A stretch of DNA of 32,000 nt from Mycobacterium lacus (GTDB lineage Bacteria > Actinomycetota > Actinomycetes > Mycobacteriales > Mycobacteriaceae): the NCBI RefSeq assembly GCF_010731535.1, contig NZ_AP022581.1:1155952-1187951 (forward strand). The letters run 5' to 3'. A program made the translations under genes and the position numbers. Of this stretch, positions 1 to 8,412 are shown one piece after another; position 1 is the stretch's first letter, and each line of letters opens with the position of its first letter. Under the pieces are notes generated by a model. It saw nothing but the letters and a program-made list of their open reading frames with translations, was not told the origin of the DNA and did no database searches.

Positions 1-759
1 CATCTCGGCGTACCGCCGCCGGGCGAACTCCGCCGCCGTCAGATCGCGGATCTGGTTCTCGTCGATGCCGCTCTTGCGCGCCCCGGCGTGTAATTCCGAC
101 ACCCGCTCCGCCACCCGCTGCGGCAGCACCGAAACCAGGTCGGTGCGTGACCGGACCTCGCCGGACACGAAAACCACCTCGGGGTCCGCCTCGTCCACCA
201 GTCGGGTGAGATGGTCGGCGACCGCGCGGCAATTCATGCGAATGGCTTCGTCGGTGGTGTGCTGGAAGTCGCCGTAGCCGCTCCAGCCCGCGGTGACCGG
301 TTTGTGCACCGGGTAGCCGCCGCCGTCGATGCTCGTGGAGCTGACGGTGTCGCCCTGGAACAGCGTGACGTCGGCGCCGGCGTGATCGACCGCGGCGAAC
401 ACATACGTCGGTTGGCGCATCTCGAGGTCGATCAGCGGCACCAGGTACGGGTAGTCCGACAGGCGAATCACCGTGGCCGGTGGTGGGCTGATCAGATACT
501 CGTTGACCAGCACCTGCTCGCTGGTCGCAATGAGGGCGCGGCCGCGCTTACCCACGGCCGGTCGATGATTGAGCACCGCGTCCTCGAGCTTGCCGACGAG
601 TTCCGCCTTCGCGCCGAGGTCCTCGAGACGCTTGCGGATGTCGCGCCATTCCGCCGCGAGTCGCTCGCCGGCCTCAAAGGTGTCGTGCGAGTCATCGAAA
701 TACACCGAGGCGATCGGACCTGCCGCGTCCACCAACCACCGAAACCGTTCTGATCGCAT
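1..759 (-). CDS. Rv2629-like DosR-regulon protein (eRF1/Pelota-like family); N-terminal 253 codons, 3' end lies beyond the window start
   Basis: Absent from the ORF track because there is no stop in the window. My minus-strand translation from ATG 759-757 gives MRSERFRWLVDAAGPIASVYFDDSHDTFEAGERLAAEWRDIRKRLEDLG...YPVHKPVTAGWSGYGDFQHTTDEAIRMNCRAVADHLTRLVDEADPEVVFVSGEVRSRTDL... and stays open to position 1. A GAGGGA SD-like motif lies just upstream. Very similar to Mtb Rv2629 as I recall it. Confidence 0.8.
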   Translation of the reverse strand, partial: MRSERFRWLVDAAGPIASVYFDDSHDTFEAGERLAAEWRDIRKRLEDLGAKAELVGKLEDAVLNHRPAVGKRGRALIATSEQVLVNEYLISPPPATVIRLSDYPYLVPLIDLEMRQPTYVFAAVDHAGADVTLFQGDTVSSTSIDGGGYPVHKPVTAGWSGYGDFQHTTDEAIRMNCRAVADHLTRLVDEADPEVVFVSGEVRSRTDLVSVLPQRVAERVSELHAGARKSGIDENQIRDLTAAEFARRRYAEM

Positions 760-861
760 GTCATCCCTCTTCGCTGTTCTTCTTTTCGGTACCTTCGAGG
801 CTTTTCATCAACCGTATGACGGGCGACGCCCTCAGGCGAGAGTCGTTGGGATGAGGAGCTG

Positions 862-2271
862 TCAGACGCTTGCGGCCCGCCCGCCTTGCTTGGCGCCCGT
901 CTGCTGTCGTGCCAGGGCGCGGGATAGCAGGCGCGCGACCCCGAGTTCGATACCGCGGGCAAGCTCGTCGACGTCGGGCGTGGCGTCATAGTCGGCGGTG
1001 ATGCCGAACACCAGTTCATCGACGTAGCTGAGCATGCTGACGACGGTGCGCAGGTGCATGGCGATCGGCGGTATCGGCAGCAGCTGTTCCACCGGACGGC
1101 CCAAGACGTGCAGCCGGTGACGGGGGCCCGGCACGTTGGTCGCCAGTGTGACAACGCTGCGCTGCGGCAACCGCGTCAGCAGTCGAACCGTCCACGCGCT
1201 CACGGCGAACGGCACGTAATTGGTCAGCGTGACAAAGGCACTCGCGGCTTGTCGCTCGCCGCTGCTTTTCAGCCTGGCCAGGCGGGCGTGGACCAGCCGC
1301 AACCGTTTCACCGGGTCGTCCAGCTCGACCGGCAAGGACGGAAGCATCGCCGAGACGCGAATGTCGGTGCGGTTCATGGCATCCGGTGATCGCACCGATA
1401 CCGGGATCAACGTGGGCAGCGAGTTGCGTCGGGGCTTCTCACCGCGACGCATCAGCACGCCGCGGAAACTGTCGGTGATCGCCGCGAGCGCCACATCGTT
1501 GAGCGTTACGCCGAAGACCTGGCACACGATGTCGACATCTTTGAGCGACACCCGCGCCGCGCTGTAACGCCGCATGTTGGACACCGACCCGTACAGCGAG
1601 GATCCCGCCGCCGGCGTGAGTAGACCGGCGACGAATTCGGCTGCGCCCCTGGCGGCGTGCGCGGCCGCACCGGTGGTGGCCACCGATGCGCGCCAGATCC
1701 CGCCGGCCCAGGTCAGCGGGTTGAGGCTGAGCCCCGACCGCCCGGCGATGGGCGACGGCGCCTGTTTGGCGGCGCGGATCTCGCTGGCGTACGTCTCGGC
1801 GGGCCACGCGTCGGCGATATTCGCCAGCATCCGCATCGCGGCTATCCCGTCGGCGATGCAGTGATGGATCTTGATCAGGGCCGCCCACCGCCCGTCCGGC
1901 AGGCCCTCGATGACCCAGCACTCCCACAACGGGTGATCACGATCCAGTCTGTGTTCCATGAGGTCGGCGATGATCCGGAACACCACGGCGTCATCGCCGG
2001 GTTGCGGCAGGGCCGCCCAACGCACGTGATGGGTGATGTCGAAGTTGGCGTCGTCGACCCAGTGCGGCGCCGCGTATTCGAGCGGGTGCTTGCGCACCAC
2101 CTGGGTGAATCGGGGGACCGCCCGCACCCGTTCCGACAGCGCCGCGAGCAGCTCCTCCCTCCCCGGAATCGGCCCGTCGATGATGGCCAGCGCGCCGATC
2201 GCCAGACTCACGTGCCTGTCGGCATCCTCTGCCTCCAGGAAACTGGCCTCCATGGTGGTGAGCTGTTCCAC
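862..2271 (-). CDS. tgs1: Wax-ester synthase / diacylglycerol acyltransferase (triacylglycerol synthase), Tgs1 (Rv3130c)-like
   Basis: 469-aa ORF with a GTG start. The N-terminus MEQLTTMEASFLEAEDADRHVSLAIGAL parallels Mtb Tgs1. Catalytic HHxxxDG motif is present (IHHCIADGIA), as is the conserved C-terminal NVPGP motif. Confidence 0.85.
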   Translation of the reverse strand: MEQLTTMEASFLEAEDADRHVSLAIGALAIIDGPIPGREELLAALSERVRAVPRFTQVVRKHPLEYAAPHWVDDANFDITHHVRWAALPQPGDDAVVFRIIADLMEHRLDRDHPLWECWVIEGLPDGRWAALIKIHHCIADGIAAMRMLANIADAWPAETYASEIRAAKQAPSPIAGRSGLSLNPLTWAGGIWRASVATTGAAAHAARGAAEFVAGLLTPAAGSSLYGSVSNMRRYSAARVSLKDVDIVCQVFGVTLNDVALAAITDSFRGVLMRRGEKPRRNSLPTLIPVSVRSPDAMNRTDIRVSAMLPSLPVELDDPVKRLRLVHARLARLKSSGERQAASAFVTLTNYVPFAVSAWTVRLLTRLPQRSVVTLATNVPGPRHRLHVLGRPVEQLLPIPPIAMHLRTVVSMLSYVDELVFGITADYDATPDVDELARGIELGVARLLSRALARQQTGAKQGGRAASV

Positions 2272-2532
2272 CGCCGGTCACCTCCGATCCGCGCCGATCG
2301 GCATCACTATTCGCCGCGCGGCGCGAGCGTCGATAGTGCCGTTGGTCCCCAACGGGCAGTGCCGGACTTCCCAAGCTTGAGGTGGCTGTTGCTCGAGGCG
2401 ACCCTTGGCCGCGGCCATCGCGACGGAACTGGCCAGGCCGTTGCTCGCCCTGGGCACGCGGGGATTGTTGCGGGGATTCAAACGACGGGCCGAGCGGTCG
2501 CCGTCGGTGCCGTCGCGGCCGCCCGGTGCAAC

Positions 2533-2563
2533 ACGGACCCGGGCCTACGATGCCCGGGCCCGT
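2533..2563 (-). terminator. Hairpin 12 nt downstream of the hspX stop
   Basis: acggacccgggc (2533-2544) pairs with gcccgggcccgt (2552-2563): a 12-bp stem with one mismatch and a 7-nt loop. There is no U-tract, which is common in mycobacteria. Confidence 0.45.
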
Positions 2564-2574
2564 CTTGATCCGCG

Positions 2575-3003
2575 TTAATTGGTGGTTATCTGAACGTGCT
2601 TCTCTGCGGGTGCGGATTCCGAAACGCCCACGGAGACAGCCAGGATGCCCTTGTCGTAGGTGGCCTTGATGTCGTCTTCGTTGGCACCGGCCGGCAGCGA
2701 CACCGTGCGGACAAACGAGCCGTAGGAGAATTCCGATCGGCCGTCGAATTCCTTTTTCTCACTGCGTTCGGCCTTGATGGTGAGCTGCCCGTTGTGGACG
2801 GTGATGTCGACGTCCTTGGCGGGGTCGATGCCGGGAATCTCGGCGCGAACTTCGTAGCGGCCGTCGGTCATCTCGTCTTCCAAGCGCATCAGCCGCGTGT
2901 CGAAGAGCGGGCGGACGCCGGCGAACGACGGAAACGCCGAGAAGAACTCCGAGAACTCGGGGAACAGCGAACGGGGCCGTCGTGAAACGGGAAGGGTGGT
3001 CAT
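2575..3003 (-). CDS. hspX: Alpha-crystallin small heat-shock protein HspX/Acr (Rv2031c-like)
   Basis: 142 aa. SLFPEFSEFFSAFPSFAGVRPLFDTRLMRLEDEMTDGRYEVRAEIPGIDPAKDVDITVHNGQLTIKAER...GSFVRTVSLPAGANEDDIKATYDKGILAVSV is near-colinear with Mtb HspX as I recall it. Confidence 0.95.
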   Translation of the reverse strand: MTTLPVSRRPRSLFPEFSEFFSAFPSFAGVRPLFDTRLMRLEDEMTDGRYEVRAEIPGIDPAKDVDITVHNGQLTIKAERSEKKEFDGRSEFSYGSFVRTVSLPAGANEDDIKATYDKGILAVSVGVSESAPAEKHVQITTN

Positions 3004-3074
3004 TGTCTTCTCCTGAGGTTTTCCGATTGGGTTATCACCACGTCTTCAATCCGACCACGCGGGCCGGTGCAGCG

Positions 3075-3094
3075 GTAGGGACCGAAGTCCTCAC
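3075..3094. promoter_or_regulatory. DosR(DevR)-type box in the hspX / nrdZ divergent intergenic region
   Basis: gtaGGGACcgaaGTCCTcac, compared with the published consensus TTSGGGACTWWAGTCCCSAA. The left half-site GGGAC is perfect, the spacing is 4 nt and the right half is GTCCt. It lies 72-91 nt upstream of the hspX ATG and 28-47 nt upstream of the nrdZ start. Confidence 0.6.
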
Positions 3095-3121
3095 TCGGCG
3101 TGGGTCACGACGGATACTCGA

Positions 3122-5227
3122 GTGATGAGCACGCCAGCGCGGCTCAAGTGGCCGGCGAGCGTCCGGCGCCGCGACGGGCGCCTGGTGCCCTTCGAGGTGG
3201 CCCGCATCGAGGCCGCGGTCGCCAGGGCCGCGCGCGAGACCGGGCACCCGGACCCGGGCGCGCCCGGCGCGGTCGCGAGGTCGGTCGCCGACGCGCTGGC
3301 GCGCCGGCCCCGCGGCGAGGTTCCGACGGTCGAGCAGATCCAGGACCTGGTCGAGGCGCAGCTCGTGGCCGCCGGCCTGGATGACGTTGCCCGCGCGTAC
3401 ATCGTCTACCGCCAGCACCATGCCGAAGTGCGCGCGGCCAAAGGCCTGATAGGGGTGCGCGACGAGCTGAAGTTGAGCGTGGCCGCGGTGACCGTGCTCG
3501 CCGAACGTTATCTGCTGCGCGACGACCAGGGCCGGCCGAAGGAATCGACCGGCGAAATGATGGACCGGGTCGCACACTGTGTCGCGGCGGCCGAAGACGG
3601 CTATCGGCGGGGTTCGTCGGCGATGTGGGCGCAGCGGTTCTCGACGGTGCTTCGGCGCCTGGAGTTCCTACCGAACTCGCCGACGTTGATGAACGCCGGC
3701 ACCGAAATGGGCCTGCTCGCCGGGTGTTTCGTGCTGCCGGTCGAAGATTCGCTGCGCTCGATCTTCACCACGCTCGCCCATAGCGCCGAGATTCATCAGG
3801 CCGGAGGCGGCACCGGTTACACGTTCACCCACCTGCGGCCCGCGGGGGATCGAGTGGCCGGCACCGGGGGCACGGCCAGCGGGCCGATGTCGTTTCTTGG
3901 GCTCTTCGACACCGCGGCCGGCGTCATCGCGCTGGGTGGTCGCCGGCGCAGCGCGTCCATGGCGGTGCTGGACGTGTCGCACCCCGACATCTACGACTTC
4001 GTCACCACCAAGGCCGACTCGCCGGGCGAGCTCACGCATTTCAATCTGTCGGTCGGGGTCGGCGACGCGTTCCTGCGCGCCGTCGAGCGCGACGGCACGC
4101 ACCGACTGATCAACCCGCGAACCCACAAGACCGTCGCACGGGTGGCGGCCGCCGACCTGTTCGCCACGATCTGCGAGGCCGCCCACCGATGCGGGGACCC
4201 CGGATTGGTGTTCCTCGACACCATCAACCGCGCCAACCCGACACCGGCCCGCGGCCGGATCGAGGCGACCAACCCGTGCGGGGAGGTTCCGCTGCTGCCC
4301 TACGAGTCGTGCAACCTCGGCTCGGTCAACCTTGCCCGGATGGTCAGCGGTGGTTCCGTCGATTGGGACCGGCTCGCCGAGGTTGCGGAGTTGGCCGTGC
4401 GCTTCCTCGACGACGTTATCGACGTCAGCCGGTATCCGATCCCGGAACTCGACGCGGCCACCCGGGCCACCCGCAAGATCGGGCTGGGCGTCATGGGCCT
4501 GGCGGAGATGCTGGCCGGCCTGGGCATTCCCTACGACAGCGAACGCGGGGTTCGCCTGGCCGGCCGCATCGCCCGCAGCCTCCAGCAGGCGGCGCACGCC
4601 GCGTCGATGCGGTTGGCCGAGGACCGCGGGCCGTTTCCCGCCTTCGACAACAGCCGATTCGCCGGCTCGGCGCCGCGGCGCCATGCCCAACTCACCTCGA
4701 TCGCGCCGACCGGCACGATCTCGCTCATCGCGGGAACCACCGCGGGGATCGAGCCGATGTTCGCCATCGCCTACACCCGCTCGGTTATCGGGCGGCGCCT
4801 CCTGGAGGTCAACCCGTGCTTCGACCGGCTCGCCCGCGACCGGGGGTTCTATCGCGACGACCTGATCGCCGAGATCGGACAACGCGGCGGGGTGCGCGGC
4901 TACCCGCACCTGCCGGCCGAGGTGCGGGCCGCGTTCCCGATCGCGGCGGAAATCACGCCGGAGTGGCACCTGCGGATGCAGGCCGCCGTGCAGCGCCACG
5001 TCGACGCCGCGGTGTCCAAGACCGTCAACCTCCCGGCCGACGCGACCGTCGACGATGTCCGCGCGATCTACCTCGCCGCGTGGCGGGCGAAGGTCAAAGG
5101 CATCACGGTCTACCGCTACGGCAGCCGGCCGGGGCAGGTGCTCAGCTACGTTGCGCCCGCACAGCCGCTGCTCTCGGTGGACCCCACGTTCAGCGGCGGC
5201 TGCGCCGGCCGCACCTGCGAGTTCTGA
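3122..5227 (+). CDS. nrdZ: Class II (B12-dependent) ribonucleoside-diphosphate reductase NrdZ (Rv0570-like) with N-terminal ATP-cone
   Basis: 701-aa ORF (GTG 3122 or ATG 3125). ATP-cone-like VRRRDGRLVPFEVARIEAAV. Class II RNR core motifs include LPNSPTLMNAG, NPCGE and TNPCGEVPL..ESCNLGS. C-terminal cysteine tail GGCAGRTCEF. Confidence 0.9.
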   Translation: MMSTPARLKWPASVRRRDGRLVPFEVARIEAAVARAARETGHPDPGAPGAVARSVADALARRPRGEVPTVEQIQDLVEAQLVAAGLDDVARAYIVYRQHHAEVRAAKGLIGVRDELKLSVAAVTVLAERYLLRDDQGRPKESTGEMMDRVAHCVAAAEDGYRRGSSAMWAQRFSTVLRRLEFLPNSPTLMNAGTEMGLLAGCFVLPVEDSLRSIFTTLAHSAEIHQAGGGTGYTFTHLRPAGDRVAGTGGTASGPMSFLGLFDTAAGVIALGGRRRSASMAVLDVSHPDIYDFVTTKADSPGELTHFNLSVGVGDAFLRAVERDGTHRLINPRTHKTVARVAAADLFATICEAAHRCGDPGLVFLDTINRANPTPARGRIEATNPCGEVPLLPYESCNLGSVNLARMVSGGSVDWDRLAEVAELAVRFLDDVIDVSRYPIPELDAATRATRKIGLGVMGLAEMLAGLGIPYDSERGVRLAGRIARSLQQAAHAASMRLAEDRGPFPAFDNSRFAGSAPRRHAQLTSIAPTGTISLIAGTTAGIEPMFAIAYTRSVIGRRLLEVNPCFDRLARDRGFYRDDLIAEIGQRGGVRGYPHLPAEVRAAFPIAAEITPEWHLRMQAAVQRHVDAAVSKTVNLPADATVDDVRAIYLAAWRAKVKGITVYRYGSRPGQVLSYVAPAQPLLSVDPTFSGGCAGRTCEF

Positions 5228-5331
5228 GCGTGTCCATTGGTCCGCGCGCCGAAGGCCGAACGACCCTAGTGCCCGCCCCCGCATCGCCTTACGTTCGGCA
5301 ACAGGCGGGAAATCGAGGTGAGGAGACTGCA

Positions 5332-5769
5332 ATGACCCAAACTTTGTCGGCACGCGACATCATGAATGCCGGTGTGACCTGTGTTGGCGAGCACGAGACG
5401 TTAACCGCAGCTGCCGAACACATGCGTGAGCACGACATCGGCGCGCTGCCGATCTGCGGTGACGACGACCGGCTGCACGGGATGCTCACCGACCGCGACA
5501 TCGTGGTCAAGGCCCTCGCGGCGGGCCTGGATCCGAACACCACCACGGCGGGGGAGCTGGCCCGGGACCGCACCTACTACGTCGACGCGGACGCAAGCAT
5601 CACGGAGATGCTCAACGTGATGGAAGAGCATCAGGTCCGCCGCCTTCCGGTCCTAGAAGAGCACCGTCTGGTCGGCATCGTCACCGAGGCCGACATCGCC
5701 CGGCACCTGCCCGAGCACGCCATCGTGCAGTTCGTCAAGGCGATTTGCGCGCCCCCGGTTCTGGCTTAG
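5332..5769 (+). CDS. hrp1: Hypoxic response protein 1, tandem-CBS protein (Rv2626c-like)
   Basis: Internal ATG of track ORF 4189..5769, preceded by GAGGTGAGGAG. MTQTLSARDIMNAGVTCVGEHETLTAAAEHMREHDIGALPICGDDDRLHGMLTDRDIVVKALAAGLDP... is nearly identical to Mtb Hrp1 as I recall it. Confidence 0.92.
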   Translation: MTQTLSARDIMNAGVTCVGEHETLTAAAEHMREHDIGALPICGDDDRLHGMLTDRDIVVKALAAGLDPNTTTAGELARDRTYYVDADASITEMLNVMEEHQVRRLPVLEEHRLVGIVTEADIARHLPEHAIVQFVKAICAPPVLA

Positions 5770-5785
5770 CCCAGCGGGTGACGTC

Positions 5786-5817
5786 GGCGGACCGGCGCTT
5801 CCAAGGCCCGGTCCGCC
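5786..5817 (+). terminator. Perfect 10-bp stem hairpin between hrp1 and the M50 protease gene
   Basis: ggcggaccgg (5786-5795) and ccggtccgcc (5808-5817) are exact reverse complements with a 12-nt loop. The hairpin starts 17 nt after the hrp1 stop. Confidence 0.5.
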
Positions 5818-5840
5818 CTTGAGGTTTCGGGAGGTTTGCG

Positions 5841-6980
5841 GTGCGCGACGCGATCCCACTGGGGCGGATCGCCGGGTTTGACGTGAAAGTCCACTGGAGC
5901 GTGCTGGTCATCCTGTGGCTGTTCACGTGGAGCCTGGCGACGGCGCTGCCCGGCACCGTCAAAGGCTATCCACCACTGGTGTATTGGCTGGCAGGAGCGT
6001 GCGGTGCCGTGGTGCTGCTGGCGTCGCTGCTGGCTCATGAGCTCGCGCACGCCGTCGTCGCCCGCCGCTCGGGGGTGGCCGTCGGAAGCGTGACGCTCTG
6101 GCTGTTCGGCGGGGTAACCACCCTTGGCGGCGAGGCGAAGACACCAAGGGCCGCCTTCCGAATCGCGTTCGCGGGCCCGGCCACCAGCCTTGCGCTGTCC
6201 GCATCGTTCGCCGGGCTGGCCGTGGCGCTCGCGACCGTGCGCGCCGCCACCGTCGTGGTCAGCGTCGCGTGGTGGTTGGCCACCATCAACATGCTGCTGG
6301 GCGTGTTCAATCTGCTGCCCGGCGCCCCCTTGGACGGTGGCCGGCTGGTCCGGGCCTATCTGTGGCGCCGTTACGGCGATAGCGCACGCGCCGGGATCGG
6401 CGCCGCGCGTGCCGGGCGCGTGCTCGCGATCATCCTGATCGCGTTGGGATTGGCCGAGTTTGTCGCCGGCGCCCTCGTCGGCGGCGTCTGGTTGGCCTTC
6501 ATCGGCTGGTTCATCTTCGCGGCCGCGCACGAGGAGGAAATGCGGATCTCGACCCGACAGATCTTCGCCGGCGTGCGCGTCGCCGAGGCGATGACCGCCC
6601 AGCCGCACACCGCTCCGGGATGGATCAGCGTCGAGGATTTCATCCAGCGCTATGTGCTCGGCGACCGTCACTCGGCATACCCGGTTGCCGAGCGGGATGG
6701 ATCGATCGTCGGGCTGGTCACGCTGACGCAGCTGCGCGACGTCGCGCCCGGCCGGCGCGGCACCACCAACGTGCGCGACATTGCGCTACCGTTGCGCGCG
6801 GTGCCGACGGCGACACCGCAGGAGCCGCTGAGCGCGCTGCTGGAACGGATGGCGGCGGCCGGTCCGCGCAGCCGCGCCCTGGTTATCGACGAGGGCGGGC
6901 TGGTCGGCATCATCACCGCGAGCGATCTCACCCGGCTGATGGATGTTTACCGGCTCGCCCAGCATTCCAACGCAGGGTGA
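5841..6980 (+). CDS. Site-2-protease-type M50 zinc metalloprotease with C-terminal CBS pair (Rv2625c-like)
   Basis: 379 aa with a GTG start. Multiple TM segments, HExxH motif ([10 protein letters not shown]), [12 protein letters not shown] motif and a C-terminal CBS-like region. Confidence 0.85.
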   Translation: MRDAIPLGRIAGFDVKVHWSVLVILWLFTWSLATALPGTVKGYPPLVYWLAGACGAVVLLASLLAHELAHAVVARRSGVAVGSVTLWLFGGVTTLGGEAKTPRAAFRIAFAGPATSLALSASFAGLAVALATVRAATVVVSVAWWLATINMLLGVFNLLPGAPLDGGRLVRAYLWRRYGDSARAGIGAARAGRVLAIILIALGLAEFVAGALVGGVWLAFIGWFIFAAAHEEEMRISTRQIFAGVRVAEAMTAQPHTAPGWISVEDFIQRYVLGDRHSAYPVAERDGSIVGLVTLTQLRDVAPGRRGTTNVRDIALPLRAVPTATPQEPLSALLERMAAAGPRSRALVIDEGGLVGIITASDLTRLMDVYRLAQHSNAG

Positions 6981-7006
6981 TTCGGCCCGGGAGAGGAGAG
7001 CGGACG

Positions 7007-7810
7007 ATGAAACCGGTCATCGTTGGTATCGATGGCTCACAGGCGGCGATCACGGCCGCGCTCTGGGCAATCGACGAGGCCATCAGCCGAGCCGTGCCGC
7101 TGCGCCTCGAATCGGTCATCAAGCCGACGCATCCGTCCCCCGATGACTATGACCGTGACCTCGGGCATGCCGAAACATCGCTTCGGGAAGCACAATTCGC
7201 TGTCGAGCTCAGCGGAAGGCCCGTCAAGGTCGAAACCGAGATTCCCCGTGGGCCGGCCGGCCCCGTGCTCGTGGAGGCCTCCCGCGACGCCGAGCTGATC
7301 TGCGTCGGCTCCGTGGGCATCGGCCGCTACGCCCGGTCCATCTTGGGTTCGGCGGCAACCGAACTCGCGGAAAAGGCGCACTGCCCGGTGGCGGTGGTCC
7401 GGACGAGAACGGACCGGCCGCCGGAGACGCCCGTGCCCGACGTCAACTGGATCGTGGTCCGGATGACCGACGCACCGTCCAATGAGGCCGTGCTCGAATA
7501 CGCTGCCCGGGAAGCGAAGCTGCGTCAGGCGCCCATGCTGGTGCTCGGGGGGCGGCCGGAGGAACTTACCGAATCCCCGGACGGTGAGTTCGAACGCCGG
7601 GTCCACGATTGGCACTTGCGCCATCCCGACGTGCGGGTCTATCCGATCAACACCAAGGCCGACATCGCTCGCTTCCTGACGGACAACGACGCTCGGGTAC
7701 AGCTCGCGGTGATCAGTGGTGCCGAGGCCGGCCTGCTCGCGCGGGTCGTTGGGCCCTACGGGCATCCACTTTTCCGCCATCCCGAGTGCTCGGTGCTCGT
7801 CGTCCGATGA
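7007..7810 (+). CDS. Tandem universal stress protein (Rv2624c-like)
   Basis: Internal ATG (codon 130 of track ORF 6620..7810) preceded by GGAGAGGAGAG. MKPVIVGIDGSQAAITAALWAIDEA... Two USP domains, each with a G-x2-G-x9-GS-like motif (VGSVGIGRYARSILGSAA). Confidence 0.85.
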   Translation: MKPVIVGIDGSQAAITAALWAIDEAISRAVPLRLESVIKPTHPSPDDYDRDLGHAETSLREAQFAVELSGRPVKVETEIPRGPAGPVLVEASRDAELICVGSVGIGRYARSILGSAATELAEKAHCPVAVVRTRTDRPPETPVPDVNWIVVRMTDAPSNEAVLEYAAREAKLRQAPMLVLGGRPEELTESPDGEFERRVHDWHLRHPDVRVYPINTKADIARFLTDNDARVQLAVISGAEAGLLARVVGPYGHPLFRHPECSVLVVR

Positions 7811-8412
7811 CGATGTCGTGCGCGCACGCTTTGTGCGCATCGATGGCCACGGCGGCCAACCGCTCGCGGTGCTTACGAAACATGCTGCGCATCAAAAGGA
7901 TTCGTTTACGGGCGGCTCGACGTGAGAGCAGGCTCTTGGCGAATCTCCGCGCGCCGCACAGCCTGTCGTCGGCGATCACTCGTCGCGGTTGCAACAGCGC
8001 CATGGGCGCGGTCACCACATGGTCGACGACCAATCCGGGGGCCACCAGCGGTTGTGACCATTCGGCGACCGTGAGGGGACGCGCGTTGACCGTGGTCGCA
8101 CGGGCCAGCGACTGCCTGATGTCGCTTGCCGACGCCGACGAGGCGATCGATCGCCTGGTCGAGGCTCTCGACGGGCTCGGCTTAGCGCCCGGGCGCCGGG
8201 CGTCCGGGGGCGAACAACAGATCGGCCTGCGCCCTTGCCCATTCCTGGAACTCGCCGAAACCCAAGCGGGCGCGGTGTATGCGGTCCACCTTGGACTCAT
8301 GCAAGGAGCCCTGGAGACCTGGACGGCGCCGGTCACCGTCGACCGGCTGGCGGCCTTCGTCGAACCGGACCTATGCCTGGCCCACATCGTCGGAGAACGG
8401 GCCGCGAAGTGA
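7807..8412 (+). CDS. C-terminal-domain-only paralogue of the HTH regulator at 9378-10064 (Rv2621c position). The N-terminal third is unrecognisable, so the gene may be truncated or decayed.
   Basis: The ATG overlaps the USP stop (ATGA). The C-terminal ~95 aa (EAIDRLVEALDGLGL...IGLRPCPFLELAETQAGAVYAVHLGLMQGAL) aligns with the C-terminus of the 9378-10064 protein (ALDMALAVLSEYGYE...VELANCPFHALAQEQTELACTMNHALITGVA). I found no wHTH in any + frame of 7811-8125. The stop overlaps the next gene's start (GTGA). Confidence 0.45.
   Translation: MTMSCAHALCASMATAANRSRCLRNMLRIKRIRLRAARRESRLLANLRAPHSLSSAITRRGCNSAMGAVTTWSTTNPGATSGCDHSATVRGRALTVVARASDCLMSLADADEAIDRLVEALDGLGLAPGRRASGGEQQIGLRPCPFLELAETQAGAVYAVHLGLMQGALETWTAPVTVDRLAAFVEPDLCLAHIVGERAAK

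Noticed and set aside
760-861. GGGCGACGCCC palindrome between the tgs1-like stop and the Rv2629-like start, considered as a DosR box
   Set aside because: The half-site spacing is wrong for the 14-bp GGGAC-N4-GTCCC core. The stem is too short (5 bp, 1-nt loop) to count as a terminator.
3668-5353. 561-aa minus-strand ORF and several + frame-shifted ORFs over nrdZ (for example 4189..5769)
   Set aside because: These are antisense or out of frame relative to the well-supported class II RNR, and their composition is low-complexity Arg/Gly/Pro. Only the last 146 codons of 4189..5769 (hrp1) are real.
5800-5820. AAGGCCCGGTCCGCCCTT considered as a DosR-like box upstream of the M50 protease gene
   Set aside because: Only about 7 of 14 core matches. 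The sequence is the right arm of the perfect 10-bp hairpin at 5786-5817, which explains it better.
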